Source of the DNA: Candidatus Rifleibacteriota bacterium
GTDB taxonomy: Bacteria; Muiribacteriota; Ozemobacteria; Ozemobacterales; Ozemobacteraceae
NCBI GenBank assembly: GCA_051747585.1
Contig: JBNJGH010000036.1
Span: 1 to 22,446 of the forward strand
DNA length: 22,446 nucleotides
Direction: 5' to 3'
In this document: piece by piece, positions 1 to 9,698 of the stretch
Position numbering within the stretch: the first letter of the stretch is position 1
Layout of the letters: each line of letters starts with the position of its first letter
Notes under the pieces: generated by a model
Databases searched by the model: none
The model's input: only the letters and a program-made list of their open reading frames with translations
Told to the model about the DNA's origin: nothing
Program-made: the position numbers and the translations under genes

Positions 1-17
1 AATGGTTGTACATACTT

Positions 18-70
18 TTGAAGATCATTGCTTTTTGTGCTATTTTAGCGCAATCAAATTAATTAGGGAG
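18..70 (+). promoter_or_regulatory. Putative sigma70 promoter (TTGAAG-N17-TATTTT with extended -10 TG) and RBS (AGGGAG) for the OPT gene
   Basis: TTGAAG at 18-23, 17-bp spacer, TG at 38-39, TATTTT at 41-46. AGGGAG at 65-70, 5 nt before the ATG at 76. Confidence 0.55.
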
Positions 71-75
71 TTACT

Positions 76-2409
76 ATGAGCAACAAAACCGGACTTTCCC
101 CGAAAGCCTATGAGGTTTGTGATGGTAAGGATTATCCCAGTTTCGTTCCCGCCTCACAAAGCCCGGCAGAGTTCACATTCAAGGCAATAGTTATAGGTAT
201 GCTCATCGGCTCAGTTTTTGGAGCTGCAAATGCATATCTGGGCCTTAAGGTAGGTTTAACTGTTTCCGCTTCAATACCCGCAGCTGTTATGGCAGTTGCA
301 ATTTTTAGAATTTTCTTTAAAAAGGGAACAATTCTGGAAACAAATATGGTACAAACCGTCGGCTCGGCAGGCGAATCACTTGCAGCCGGTGTTATATTCA
401 CTATTCCTGCTCTTTTTATCTGGGGCATGGAACCCACAAAGCTTGAAATAACTGTAATAGCAATAATAGGTGGTTTAATCGGGGTTTTATTTATGATACC
501 CCTGCGAAAATACCTTATTGTTCAAGAGCACGGCAAGCTGCCTTATCCAGAAGGAACTGCCTGCGCAGAAGTTCTGGTAGCAGGTCAGGGAGATCTTTCC
601 AAGGCCAAAACTCTGTTTAAGGGCATGGGTATCGGCGCTTTGTATCAGGCATTGATGCACAACCGCCTTTTTGGACTCTGGAGCAAAGAACCAACAACAC
701 ATATACCCGGTTTCAAAGGCGCAGAGGTCGGAGCAGAAGTAACTCCCGAATTGCTTGGGGTTGGCTATATAATCGGCCCAAAAATTTCTGCCATTATGCT
801 CAGTGGAGGTATGATGGGCTGGTTGGTTCTGATTCCTCTGATTTACCTCTTTGGCGATCAGCTTGGCACACCAATATATCCGGAAACTGCCGCTCTTATT
901 AAAGATATGGCACCAATCGAAATCTGGTCGAGATACATTAGATATATTGGTGCCGGGGGCGTTGCTTTTGCCGGTATTTTTTCACTGATAAAATCGATTC
1001 CGGTTATTTTAACAAGCTTCAAAGCGGGCTTCAGCTCACTTGGAAAAAGCAGCAACACCGAAAATGAAAAACGAACCCAGACAGACCTGCCTTTGAAGGT
1101 TATCTTAATTGGTTCTGCAGCCTTGGTTCTGCTTATAACAATAGTTCTCAAAGGCGATATTTTTCCCAGTTATGCGACCTCTATTTCTGCCGCATTCTTG
1201 ATTGTTTTGTTCGGTTTCTTTTTTGTAACTGTATCTTCACGAATCGTTGGTTTGCTGGGTTCTTCTTCAAACCCAATTTCGGGCATGACTATCGCAACAT
1301 TGTTACTTACATGTCTTATTTTCATTCTGGCCGGCATGGCAGGAATGCCCAACGTTAAAGTTGCAGTTTTAACTGTAGGTGCCTTTGTCTGCATTGCCGC
1401 AGCAATTGCCGGCGACACCTCACAGGACTTGAAAACAGGTTTTCTTATTGGTGCAACCCCCAAACATCAGCAGATTGGCGAATTTTTTGGAGTTATAGCT
1501 TCGGGCTTAACCATGGGATTTGTAATGTATCTATTGAAAGATGCCATTACAACCGGCGAGCTGCCCGCACCTCAGGCGAACCTTATGAAGCTTGTAATAG
1601 ACGGTGTTATTGGCGGCAGCCTTCCATGGAATCTTGTTTTCTGTGGTGTTTTTATTGCTATTGGCATAGAACTTCTCGGCATTAATTCGCTGGCATTTGC
1701 CGTTGGTCTTTACCTGCCAATGTCTTTATCAGTGCCAATTATGGCGGGCGGAATTATAAGATGGATTCTGGAACTGCGCAAAAAAGATCCCAAACTCGAA
1801 CAGAAAAGAGAAACAGGTGTTCTTTATTCTTCTGGCTTGATTGCGGGTGCGGCGCTTACCGGTGTTTTAATTATGGTATTACTTGGTTTTGCCGAAAAAA
1901 GCCCAGGAATGCTCTCGGGCATAAGCAAACCCGGAGTTCATGTAATAAATGAAAAGGTTGAACTCCAGGAAATAAATGGAGAATCGGTTAAAGGCGATTA
2001 CTATAAAGTAGCTCCTGATCTTTTCCCCGATAATTCAGCAACAGTAGCCAGTATAACCAGCAACAGAGTAGAATTGCGAAAGCTAAAATCTGCGCCGGAT
2101 GCAGATGAGCAAGCTATAGCCGCACTTGATCGCAAGGTAATTGCTTTAAACAAAGCTCTTAACAAAGCAAAACGCCGCGAACTACAAATAAAATGTCTGG
2201 TCGACGGCAAAATGGTTCAAAAGACTCTGACTCTTGGTAAGTGGCAGAAGCTTTATCTTACCGCTGACAAAAGTGGCCTTAAAGTAAGAACAACCCCAGA
2301 AAACCATGATTTTTATGCGGTCATTGCTTTTCTGCTGCTATGTGCCTCACTCGCCTACTTTGTTATGAGAAAACCCGATAAGGATGAAGTAGCAGAGAAC
2401 GGAGACTAA
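76..2409 (+). CDS. OPT family oligopeptide / metal-chelate transporter (bacterial YSL/OPT clade) with extra soluble domain before the last TM helix
   Basis: Family motifs YLGLKVGLTVSASIPAAV, ETNMVQTVGSAGES, LPYPEGTACAEVL, SSNPISGMTIATL, AGDTSQDLKTGFLIGATP, PAPQANLM, AFAVGLYLP. Many TM segments and a good RBS. Confidence 0.95.
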   Translation: MSNKTGLSPKAYEVCDGKDYPSFVPASQSPAEFTFKAIVIGMLIGSVFGAANAYLGLKVGLTVSASIPAAVMAVAIFRIFFKKGTILETNMVQTVGSAGESLAAGVIFTIPALFIWGMEPTKLEITVIAIIGGLIGVLFMIPLRKYLIVQEHGKLPYPEGTACAEVLVAGQGDLSKAKTLFKGMGIGALYQALMHNRLFGLWSKEPTTHIPGFKGAEVGAEVTPELLGVGYIIGPKISAIMLSGGMMGWLVLIPLIYLFGDQLGTPIYPETAALIKDMAPIEIWSRYIRYIGAGGVAFAGIFSLIKSIPVILTSFKAGFSSLGKSSNTENEKRTQTDLPLKVILIGSAALVLLITIVLKGDIFPSYATSISAAFLIVLFGFFFVTVSSRIVGLLGSSSNPISGMTIATLLLTCLIFILAGMAGMPNVKVAVLTVGAFVCIAAAIAGDTSQDLKTGFLIGATPKHQQIGEFFGVIASGLTMGFVMYLLKDAITTGELPAPQANLMKLVIDGVIGGSLPWNLVFCGVFIAIGIELLGINSLAFAVGLYLPMSLSVPIMAGGIIRWILELRKKDPKLEQKRETGVLYSSGLIAGAALTGVLIMVLLGFAEKSPGMLSGISKPGVHVINEKVELQEINGESVKGDYYKVAPDLFPDNSATVASITSNRVELRKLKSAPDADEQAIAALDRKVIALNKALNKAKRRELQIKCLVDGKMVQKTLTLGKWQKLYLTADKSGLKVRTTPENHDFYAVIAFLLLCASLAYFVMRKPDKDEVAENGD

Positions 2410-2427
2410 CTAAGTTCTGCTTAAAAT

Positions 2428-2466
2428 AAAAAATGGGCTGTTCCATAAGGAGCAGCCCATTTTTTT
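2428..2466. terminator. Bidirectional intrinsic terminator between the convergent OPT and HEAT genes
   Basis: AAAAAATGGGCTGTTCC-ATAA-GGAGCAGCCCATTTTTTT: GC-rich stem with one G.U pair, A-tract on the left and T-tract on the right. Confidence 0.92.
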
Positions 2467-2474
2467 CGGTCTAA

Positions 2475-3815
2475 TCAGCTGTTATTAGATTGTTTCAACA
2501 AAATTGAAGTGGCGAGATCTGCCATTTCTCGACCTGATCGGCTCTGAGCAATTAGCTGGTCGATTGTATCAGGATTGCCGGATAAACCAATAGCATAAGT
2601 GGCAATAATTTTTTGATCGGAGCTTCCATGATCAATCAAATGCTCAAGAATACTTTTTCCTGCATCTCCAAGACCAAGCAAAGCCAAAGATGCCATTTTT
2701 CTAACTGACCAGGAGCGATCGGCAGTTAAATCTTCGAGTTGGCGGCTCATCTGAACAAGCTTTAGCTTGCCGCACAGATAAGCTCCTGCTGCTCTGGCCT
2801 TTTCATTTTCGCTCATCAGCATTTTTTCTATTTCATGCTGGTTTTCTGCCAACCCCATGCTCCACAATGCTTGAATACAATCAGCTCTGACTCTGTGATC
2901 AGCATCATGCATGTGCTTCTTTATTTTTTCGACAACAGCCGCTGGTAAAGGGGTAAATTTTTCGTTACGGTTTTTGAGCGCTAAAATGGCATTTGCTCTG
3001 ACCCTTGAATCGGTATGCTCAAGAACTGACTCAAGAAAGTCAACCGCTTCGTCTGATTCTATTTCACCAAAGGCAGACACGACCGTTGCTTTGATTCTTG
3101 GATTATCTCTCTTGTGAAAGAGCTCTAGAAGCTGTTCGGTAGCTTCCTTGTCACCAAGTTCAACCAGAGCATTGATTGCAGTGATAACGACCGTCTCCGA
3201 GCCATGATACAGGAGATTTTTTATCTGACCCAAAGCTGAAATTGCTGTCGCCTGGCTTAGGGCAATCACAGCGATTCTTACTACCTCCGGATCTCTATCA
3301 TCCAATGCTTTCAGGTAAATTGGTATAAATTTGTCATCCCAGCGTTTTTTTAAAAGAACAAGAGTTACCCAACGCATTTCAGAGTTAAGATTGGGAAAAG
3401 TTCGAGCCAGGCTGTTAACTGCTTCTGGGAAATCAAAACTGCAAAGAGTTGCCAGCGCAAAGGCCCTTTGATGATGGTTTTCTTTTTCCATCATTTTTAT
3501 CAGAGGCAAATAAGCAGTTTGCCGGCTGGCTTCACTTCCAATTAAAACAACGAGATCAAGAAAAGTCGAATGCAACTCCCACAGGCCTTCGACTACTTTT
3601 TCCCGGACATTTTCCGGATTCAACTTCTCTATATATTCAATTAAAGTTTCAACTTTTAAAGGGAACTTTTTGCCTTTAAGAAAATCAACAAGATTCCTCT
3701 CAATTTTCACACTACTTTCGTCGATTAACCTCAAAACGGCTACAGCAGCGTCAGTTAAGAAGCTGTCATATTTTTCTACGAGACCAATCATGTTCGTTTT
3801 GTCTATCATCTGCAA
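2475..3815 (-). CDS. HEAT/PBS-lyase-like repeat protein, probably cytoplasmic (start TTG 3815 or ATG 3809)
   Basis: Repeated HEAT motifs LDDRDPEVVRIAVIAL, LEHTDSRVRANAILAL, MHDADHRVRADCIQAL, LTADRSWSVRKMASLAL. No signal peptide. Starts 18 bp after the giant TPR gene stop. GAAAGG RBS upstream. Confidence 0.88.
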   Translation of the reverse strand: MQMIDKTNMIGLVEKYDSFLTDAAVAVLRLIDESSVKIERNLVDFLKGKKFPLKVETLIEYIEKLNPENVREKVVEGLWELHSTFLDLVVLIGSEASRQTAYLPLIKMMEKENHHQRAFALATLCSFDFPEAVNSLARTFPNLNSEMRWVTLVLLKKRWDDKFIPIYLKALDDRDPEVVRIAVIALSQATAISALGQIKNLLYHGSETVVITAINALVELGDKEATEQLLELFHKRDNPRIKATVVSAFGEIESDEAVDFLESVLEHTDSRVRANAILALKNRNEKFTPLPAAVVEKIKKHMHDADHRVRADCIQALWSMGLAENQHEIEKMLMSENEKARAAGAYLCGKLKLVQMSRQLEDLTADRSWSVRKMASLALLGLGDAGKSILEHLIDHGSSDQKIIATYAIGLSGNPDTIDQLIAQSRSGREMADLATSILLKQSNNS

Positions 3816-3833
3816 TCAGCCTTTCACTTTAAG

Positions 3834-6800
3834 TTACTTGCCTTCTATTCTCAGCAAAGCATCGCGTGCATCGTTTTGCAATTTTGAATTAGGATATAGA
3901 TTGAGGATTTTTTCATAATTCTGTCTGGCAAGAGTATAATCACGCACATAGGTCTCATATGTATAAGCCATGGCAAACTGTGCCTTATCAGCAAAATCAT
4001 TGTTGTAAAACAGGTCTATAACTTCCTGCCAGTATTTTATAGCCCTATCATAGTCAGCAAAGCCATCGCGATGAACAAAACCGATTCTGAAATAAGCTTC
4101 ATGCACAATCGGATCATTTTGCTTGGTATCAATAATTCTCTGATAAATTCTTCTGGCTTCATCATAATTGCGAATAAGAATTTCATTGGCTTTACCGAGC
4201 TTCAGCTCGATATCGAGAGTATCGACAGAAACAGGATTGTCTCTTATAAAGTCTTCGAGCAATCTCAATGCCTTCTGACCATCTCTCATTACGTCCATAT
4301 AATGATCGTAAAGCTTGAGTGTGTATTCTTTGTATAATGGATCGCCCTTGTTTTCATTGAGCCATTTAGCATAATATTCTGCAGCCTTTTGCGGGTCACG
4401 CAACTTCTCCATGTTAAGCTCAACTAGTGTTTTCATTATATCAAGAGTAGCCAGCGAGTCTTTGTTTTCATTCCAGAGGTCTTCAAGATTACGCTCTGCC
4501 TGTTTGAAATCCTGCAAATCCTCTACCTGGCGTTCAATAATGTCTTCCATATCTTCTATAACAATTTCATCGTCTTCTGTATAAACTCTCTTAACCCTTT
4601 TCTTTACACGAGTTTCTTTGACAGCCCTGAGTTTTTCCTCTTCAATTCGCTTCAGCTTTTCTTCTGCAAAGAAACGAATTTTTCTGACATTACGGTATTC
4701 TGCCGCGATTGAACTGTAAAACAGTCTGGCAAGCTCGGGATTTAAAAGCTTGTCTTCAACCAGCGAACCTATTCTGACTACCAGATCAAAATTGCGAATA
4801 TCGGGCTCGTAAGTATCGAGCAATAAATCAAGATAGCCAACTGTCTTAACAAAATCGCCTTTCTTTTCATAGAGATCAGCAATCTTTTTCATAATTTCAC
4901 GGCTTCTTCTTATGGATGGAGCAGTTTGCAAAAATTTTTCATACTGAGCAATTGCCTTATCGTAGTCATGCAAGTCATTTTCAAGCACTTTACCAATAAA
5001 ATAAGGCAATTCTGTACCGCCAAGATTGGAATATTTCTTCAATTTTTCCATTTCTTCAATATTCATTCTAGCTTCAAGCCCTTTGAGTTTATCAACCAGA
5101 ACCTTTCTATGAGAAGGGAACAAAGAATCGAACAAAAGCAATCTGCTTAAATAATGATGTGCCAGAGTAAGATCTTTGTTCTGTTCTTCATATTTATATA
5201 ACTGATAAAAGCCTGATCGCGAGAGCAAACTTTTTGGATAACGATGAACAAGAGCGCGATAATAAGAAGCTGCCTGCTTATGTTGATTTTGTGCTTTTTT
5301 CATTCTTGCCAGTCTGTACAAGACCATGTCTTTGCGACAACCCGGATGATAAAGGCTTCTTAACGCTTTGAGGTATTCTTTTTCTGCCTGATTATATTTT
5401 TCATTTTCTTCCAGAATACGGCCTCTCAAATAACTGAGTTTGGCGACTCGGGGCCGATTAAAAAGCTCTTTTATTGCATTTTCCAGCAAACCAAGAGCGT
5501 AAGAATAATTTTTGTTTAATCGCCAGATTCGATAAATCTGCTTTAAACCCTGCTTATAATCATCGTCGTCTTCTGAATAAATTACCAGCGACTGAAAGCT
5601 TTGCATGTCATTGATTCTGCGTGTCAGATCTTCTCTAACAAATGGGTCTCGACTGGCTTCAAGACCTTTTTCATAATATGCAAGAGCATCTTTTGAGCTA
5701 CCACTTTCGGCCAGAACAATATCGCCCATTGCCAGATAAACCTCATCACGCAAAGGCGAGTTGGGAAAAATCTCAATAAAGCTTTCATAATTTTCCATTG
5801 CGCCGGAAAGATCCTGGAGATTTTCTTTCAGCAAGCGGGCGCGCTCGATTATTACTTCCTGGCCAAGTTCCCCCTTAACACCTTTTTTGAGCATATCTGA
5901 AAGCTCTTCGACGGCTTTAATAGTGCGAACGTTCTCTGCCCTTATACGACTTTCGCGATAAAACTCAGAACCGGGATAAACCAGAGTGATTTCGTAAAAT
6001 AAATCCTGAGCCCGATATTTTGTGTGTTCAGCTCCTTCAACCATTTTGGCAAGTCTAAACATGCGACTTGCGGTCTCGGGTTCTTCCGGATAAAGCTCGA
6101 TTTTTTGTTCGATTTCACTTATAACGCCTCTTTTGCTTAGCTGCTCAACCTTTTTATCTATCCAGACAGTTGCATCGGGAATAGTAAAGCTTTCGGAAAA
6201 ATCACTCAACAATCCGGCCGCCTGCTGAAAATTTTCTTCTTCTTCTGCCCTGGCAACCAGCCTTTTAAGTGCTTTTAAGCGATAAATTTCTTCGCCTTGT
6301 GAATCAAGTGCACGCCTTACATAAGAAAAATCTTCGGTGAAGCGCTCAAGCCTTAAACAAATTTCAGATTTACGCTGAGAATCAAAAGTAAGAGCTGCCT
6401 CTAGGGTTTGAATGGCTTCATTCTTTCTTTCTTCCTGCATGTGCAGCTTTGCGAGTTCAATAGAAGCGTCGGCTCGATCAGGCCCCGCAAGTCTGGAATC
6501 ATCTACAATTTTTTCATAAAATCGCACCGCATTTTTAATATCATCTGCCTGAACGAAAACCTCGGGAATGCGTTTGCGAACTTCGAGCGTTCTTTTACCA
6601 TCAGGGTAAAAAGACTGATATTCAAAATAAGCCTTGTTAGCTTCTTCGGGATCTTGCAAAAAATATTCCCTGGCCTGAGCAAGCCTGAAAAGGAGCTCTG
6701 ACTGCCATGGTGCATAGTTATGCATAGCCAGCAACTCAGACGCTTCTGCCGCCATCTTTTCAGCGTCTCTGCTTCGAAAAAATCTGGAAGAAATGTAATG

Positions 6801-9614
6801 TTTTAACGCTTTTTGTCGAATTTCAGACTCGGTTTCTTCTCTTTTTAGAATTTCGTAAGCATAGTTACCGATAATTGCGCCACGAGGCTCTGCTTTTTGG
6901 CCCTCTTGAACAATTAATTCGTAAATATCGGGTGTGGCGAGCTCTTCTAAGGTTAAGGACTCGTTTTTATCTGTAGTTCTCTGAAAGGTTTCTGTGGTAC
7001 TCTTGCTCTTATCGCTTTTTTCTTCTTCGCTGTCTTCTTCGGAGACTTTCAAAGACAGAGTTTCAATCTCATCTGACCTTTGTTTCAGCCATTGTTCAGA
7101 TGTCTGCATCGATTTGAGTTCATCAATTTTTTTGCCGGCCTGCTCTGCCAAATCAGGAGCGATACGCATTACCCTGCGGTAATAACCGGCAGCTTTCTGA
7201 GGACTGTGCAATGCAATACAGGCATCGCCAAGCGCCATATAGGCCTTACCAACATATCTGCTGCGCGGGAATCTTTGAATAAAAGAAAGTAGTGCTTCCA
7301 TGCCCTTTATACCGTGCCCTTGAACCAGATACAATCTGCCGAGACGATAAGTGGGCACTTCATTTAATGGTTCGGTCAGCGACATTAATTTCTGTGCCTG
7401 TTCATACTGTTTAACAGCCTTGTCAACATTTTCATCAACCCGATAAGCAATATTGCCAAGAGTTAAATGACAGGCAAGCTTTGCAGTTCCGCTTGAGGTA
7501 AGAGCCAGTTCTGCGAACAATTTTTCTGCTTTACCGGGAAAATTGCGATAAAGTCTTGTTCCTGCCTTATAGACAAGTCCCCACCTTAATTCATCGCTTA
7601 GCTTCTCGTTTTGCTTGATATCTTCCGTAAAATTTTCGAGGGGAGCACTCGAAGATGCCAGACAAAGTACGTCCATGAGGTTCTGCATGGTATCTATCCG
7701 ATCTCTCGGACCAGAAGTTTCTAATAGCTCTCTTAAGCTTGCTTCTCTTATTCTAAAAGACAAGTCGCGCCATTGTTGTTTGTAATCAAAATAGTCTTTG
7801 CTTGATGGCAACTCGTGATCGAGATAGTCGCGTAAAATCCTAAGAGCCTTAACCTTTTCGTTTTTCTTTAAATAGGTAGAATAAAGCTCGAGCCTGAAAT
7901 CGGAAGAATCTGAAGTGTCAGGATAAGTTCTAATAAATTCACGCTTCATTTCATTGGCTTTGTCCGGATCGCCAAGATCTTCCTGGTAAATTTTGATACT
8001 GTCTTTCATTCCCTGCTGAGCCCAGTAACTTTCCGGATAAATAGAAGCCAGCTGGGAAAAAATTTCGAGAGCTCCTACCGGATCTTTTAAATGCAAGCTA
8101 AGCAGGTTGCCTATTCGATAGCGGACTTCATCAATGCGTCCCCAGTCATATAGAACATCCAGGTTCCAGGTTGATTTTTTGGGAACAAACTTTATGAGAT
8201 AGCGGCGATAAAGCTCCAGGGCTTTTTCGTAGCGTCGAAGATCGTCATCAGTCATAACTGCAACCCGGTACAGTGCTTCTCGATAAAGATGATGATCAGG
8301 ATATTTCCGCATAAACTCCTCATAAAGGTCAATTGCCTGCAAAAATTTTCTGGCGCGATATTTTTCGTAAGCCATATTAAAAAGAGCCTGCGCTGCTGAA
8401 GCACTGGGTTTTGTTCTTTCGAGCGCTGCCTTTACCCATATTATATCGCCGGGAACTTCTTTTTCTTTATTCAATTCTTCTGCTTTAACATAATAAGAGC
8501 GAGCTCGATCAGGATTATTCATTTTATACTCGGCCACGTATCCGGCCATGCGGCAGCCCAGAATTGCCCAGTCGATTTCTTCGTCTTTTGTTTCTTTTTG
8601 TTTTTCGAGAGAGATGGTTTCACTTGCCTGCAAATGCGGCGGAGTTTCCATCAAGGAATCGAAAGTTTTTAATCCAGTTTCATAATCTTTTATCAGATCT
8701 ACTGCTGCTTGCCCCTGTAATACTGCAGCAATTCTATAACCATCGAGGCTTTCGGTTTTCTGCCTGTAATCACGGTAAAATGGGAATGCTTTACTCGAAT
8801 CTTTATTTTTTAAATAAAAGTGCCATAGAGCAGCTTTAACAAAGCTGGCATCAACATATGCTTCAGTATTCTCATTGATCTTTTTAAGCCACTCAATTGC
8901 ACGTTCCGGATTAGAAAGATCAAAAGCATGAAGCAAAGCGATCCTCAAACAGGCCAGATCCCTGGCTTCAGGCTCTGAAAAGTTTGAAATTTCTTCCCAG
9001 GCTTCAAGAGCTTTCATTGCTATTTCCAGATCATAGCCACGCTCGAAGCCCATTAAATAATCGATTGCCTCGATATCACTCTTTTCGGGAAAAGGCCAGT
9101 AATATCTTTTAAAAGCTTTTTGCAGTTCTTCAATACTGGTCAAGTTTCTGCCAAGAAGCTTGGCTCTGGCTACTTTTGCTCTGACAAGATATTCGCGTGA
9201 CAGTTTCCAGGAAAGCATGCGATCAAGCTCTTTAAGCGCAACGGCAAATTCTTCTCTCTCTTTGAAAATATCTGCGTATAATAGCTGGGCTTCCCAGGTA
9301 ATTTCGGGGTTTATGTGATCTGAGCGCAAAAGGGTTCTTAAATACATTAAAGACCGGTCGGTATCTTTAAGCTCTCTGAATTGTCTGGCAAGATATAACC
9401 AGCCCTCACCTTTTTCCCTGTTCTCGTGCTTTCGCACATAAGAAAGAATTTCCCGTCGCATTAACTCATTTTGTTTAAGTTCCTGCTGTCGAAGCTCTTC
9501 TGGTGATTTAATCTTTTTAACTGTAGCCTTGTCTTCTGCTGCGCCCCAAAGGGTTAAAGGCAACATTGCAGCCAGAAGTATAGATAAAAAACTGCGTTTA
9601 TAGCTGTTATTCAT
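3834..9614 (-). CDS. Giant (1926 aa) exported tetratricopeptide-repeat protein
   Basis: N-terminal signal peptide MNNSYKRSFLSILLAAMLPLTLWGA. Many TPR helix pairs, with CpoB/BamD-type YP(x)S turns (KYPDHHL, IYPESYW, RFPRSRY, IFPNSPL, RYPKSLL, LYPNSKL). Confidence 0.88.
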   Translation of the reverse strand: MNNSYKRSFLSILLAAMLPLTLWGAAEDKATVKKIKSPEELRQQELKQNELMRREILSYVRKHENREKGEGWLYLARQFRELKDTDRSLMYLRTLLRSDHINPEITWEAQLLYADIFKEREEFAVALKELDRMLSWKLSREYLVRAKVARAKLLGRNLTSIEELQKAFKRYYWPFPEKSDIEAIDYLMGFERGYDLEIAMKALEAWEEISNFSEPEARDLACLRIALLHAFDLSNPERAIEWLKKINENTEAYVDASFVKAALWHFYLKNKDSSKAFPFYRDYRQKTESLDGYRIAAVLQGQAAVDLIKDYETGLKTFDSLMETPPHLQASETISLEKQKETKDEEIDWAILGCRMAGYVAEYKMNNPDRARSYYVKAEELNKEKEVPGDIIWVKAALERTKPSASAAQALFNMAYEKYRARKFLQAIDLYEEFMRKYPDHHLYREALYRVAVMTDDDLRRYEKALELYRRYLIKFVPKKSTWNLDVLYDWGRIDEVRYRIGNLLSLHLKDPVGALEIFSQLASIYPESYWAQQGMKDSIKIYQEDLGDPDKANEMKREFIRTYPDTSDSSDFRLELYSTYLKKNEKVKALRILRDYLDHELPSSKDYFDYKQQWRDLSFRIREASLRELLETSGPRDRIDTMQNLMDVLCLASSSAPLENFTEDIKQNEKLSDELRWGLVYKAGTRLYRNFPGKAEKLFAELALTSSGTAKLACHLTLGNIAYRVDENVDKAVKQYEQAQKLMSLTEPLNEVPTYRLGRLYLVQGHGIKGMEALLSFIQRFPRSRYVGKAYMALGDACIALHSPQKAAGYYRRVMRIAPDLAEQAGKKIDELKSMQTSEQWLKQRSDEIETLSLKVSEEDSEEEKSDKSKSTTETFQRTTDKNESLTLEELATPDIYELIVQEGQKAEPRGAIIGNYAYEILKREETESEIRQKALKHYISSRFFRSRDAEKMAAEASELLAMHNYAPWQSELLFRLAQAREYFLQDPEEANKAYFEYQSFYPDGKRTLEVRKRIPEVFVQADDIKNAVRFYEKIVDDSRLAGPDRADASIELAKLHMQEERKNEAIQTLEAALTFDSQRKSEICLRLERFTEDFSYVRRALDSQGEEIYRLKALKRLVARAEEEENFQQAAGLLSDFSESFTIPDATVWIDKKVEQLSKRGVISEIEQKIELYPEEPETASRMFRLAKMVEGAEHTKYRAQDLFYEITLVYPGSEFYRESRIRAENVRTIKAVEELSDMLKKGVKGELGQEVIIERARLLKENLQDLSGAMENYESFIEIFPNSPLRDEVYLAMGDIVLAESGSSKDALAYYEKGLEASRDPFVREDLTRRINDMQSFQSLVIYSEDDDDYKQGLKQIYRIWRLNKNYSYALGLLENAIKELFNRPRVAKLSYLRGRILEENEKYNQAEKEYLKALRSLYHPGCRKDMVLYRLARMKKAQNQHKQAASYYRALVHRYPKSLLSRSGFYQLYKYEEQNKDLTLAHHYLSRLLLFDSLFPSHRKVLVDKLKGLEARMNIEEMEKLKKYSNLGGTELPYFIGKVLENDLHDYDKAIAQYEKFLQTAPSIRRSREIMKKIADLYEKKGDFVKTVGYLDLLLDTYEPDIRNFDLVVRIGSLVEDKLLNPELARLFYSSIAAEYRNVRKIRFFAEEKLKRIEEEKLRAVKETRVKKRVKRVYTEDDEIVIEDMEDIIERQVEDLQDFKQAERNLEDLWNENKDSLATLDIMKTLVELNMEKLRDPQKAAEYYAKWLNENKGDPLYKEYTLKLYDHYMDVMRDGQKALRLLEDFIRDNPVSVDTLDIELKLGKANEILIRNYDEARRIYQRIIDTKQNDPIVHEAYFRIGFVHRDGFADYDRAIKYWQEVIDLFYNNDFADKAQFAMAYTYETYVRDYTLARQNYEKILNLYPNSKLQNDARDALLRIEGK

Positions 9615-9649
9615 GTTTATTTTTTCATCCCGAGTGAATTTATGGAGTA

Positions 9650-9679
9650 AATATAACAGATATAACCGCCGGCAAACAA
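9650..9679 (-). promoter_or_regulatory. Possible sigma70 promoter for the giant TPR gene (TTGTTT-N18-TATATT with extended -10 TG)
   Basis: Minus strand reads TGtTATATT at 9658-9650 and TTGTTT at 9679-9674. Confidence 0.35.
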
Positions 9680-9698
9680 TAAAAATGAGCGATTTGAG

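Noticed and set aside
132..2210. Short alternative ORFs within the OPT gene (132-437, 487-702, 858-1151, 1170-1463, 1761-1952, 2001-2210)
   Set aside because: Antisense or off-frame shadows of a well-supported gene, with no recognisable motifs.
2911..8839. Small ORFs overlapping the HEAT and giant TPR genes
   Set aside because: Nested within long coding frames with coherent repeat signatures. Their compositions are typical of antisense translation.
9651..9666. ATATAAC direct repeat at 9-bp spacing upstream of the giant TPR gene
   Set aside because: Short, AT-rich and overlapping a plausible -10 element, so not distinguishable from chance.
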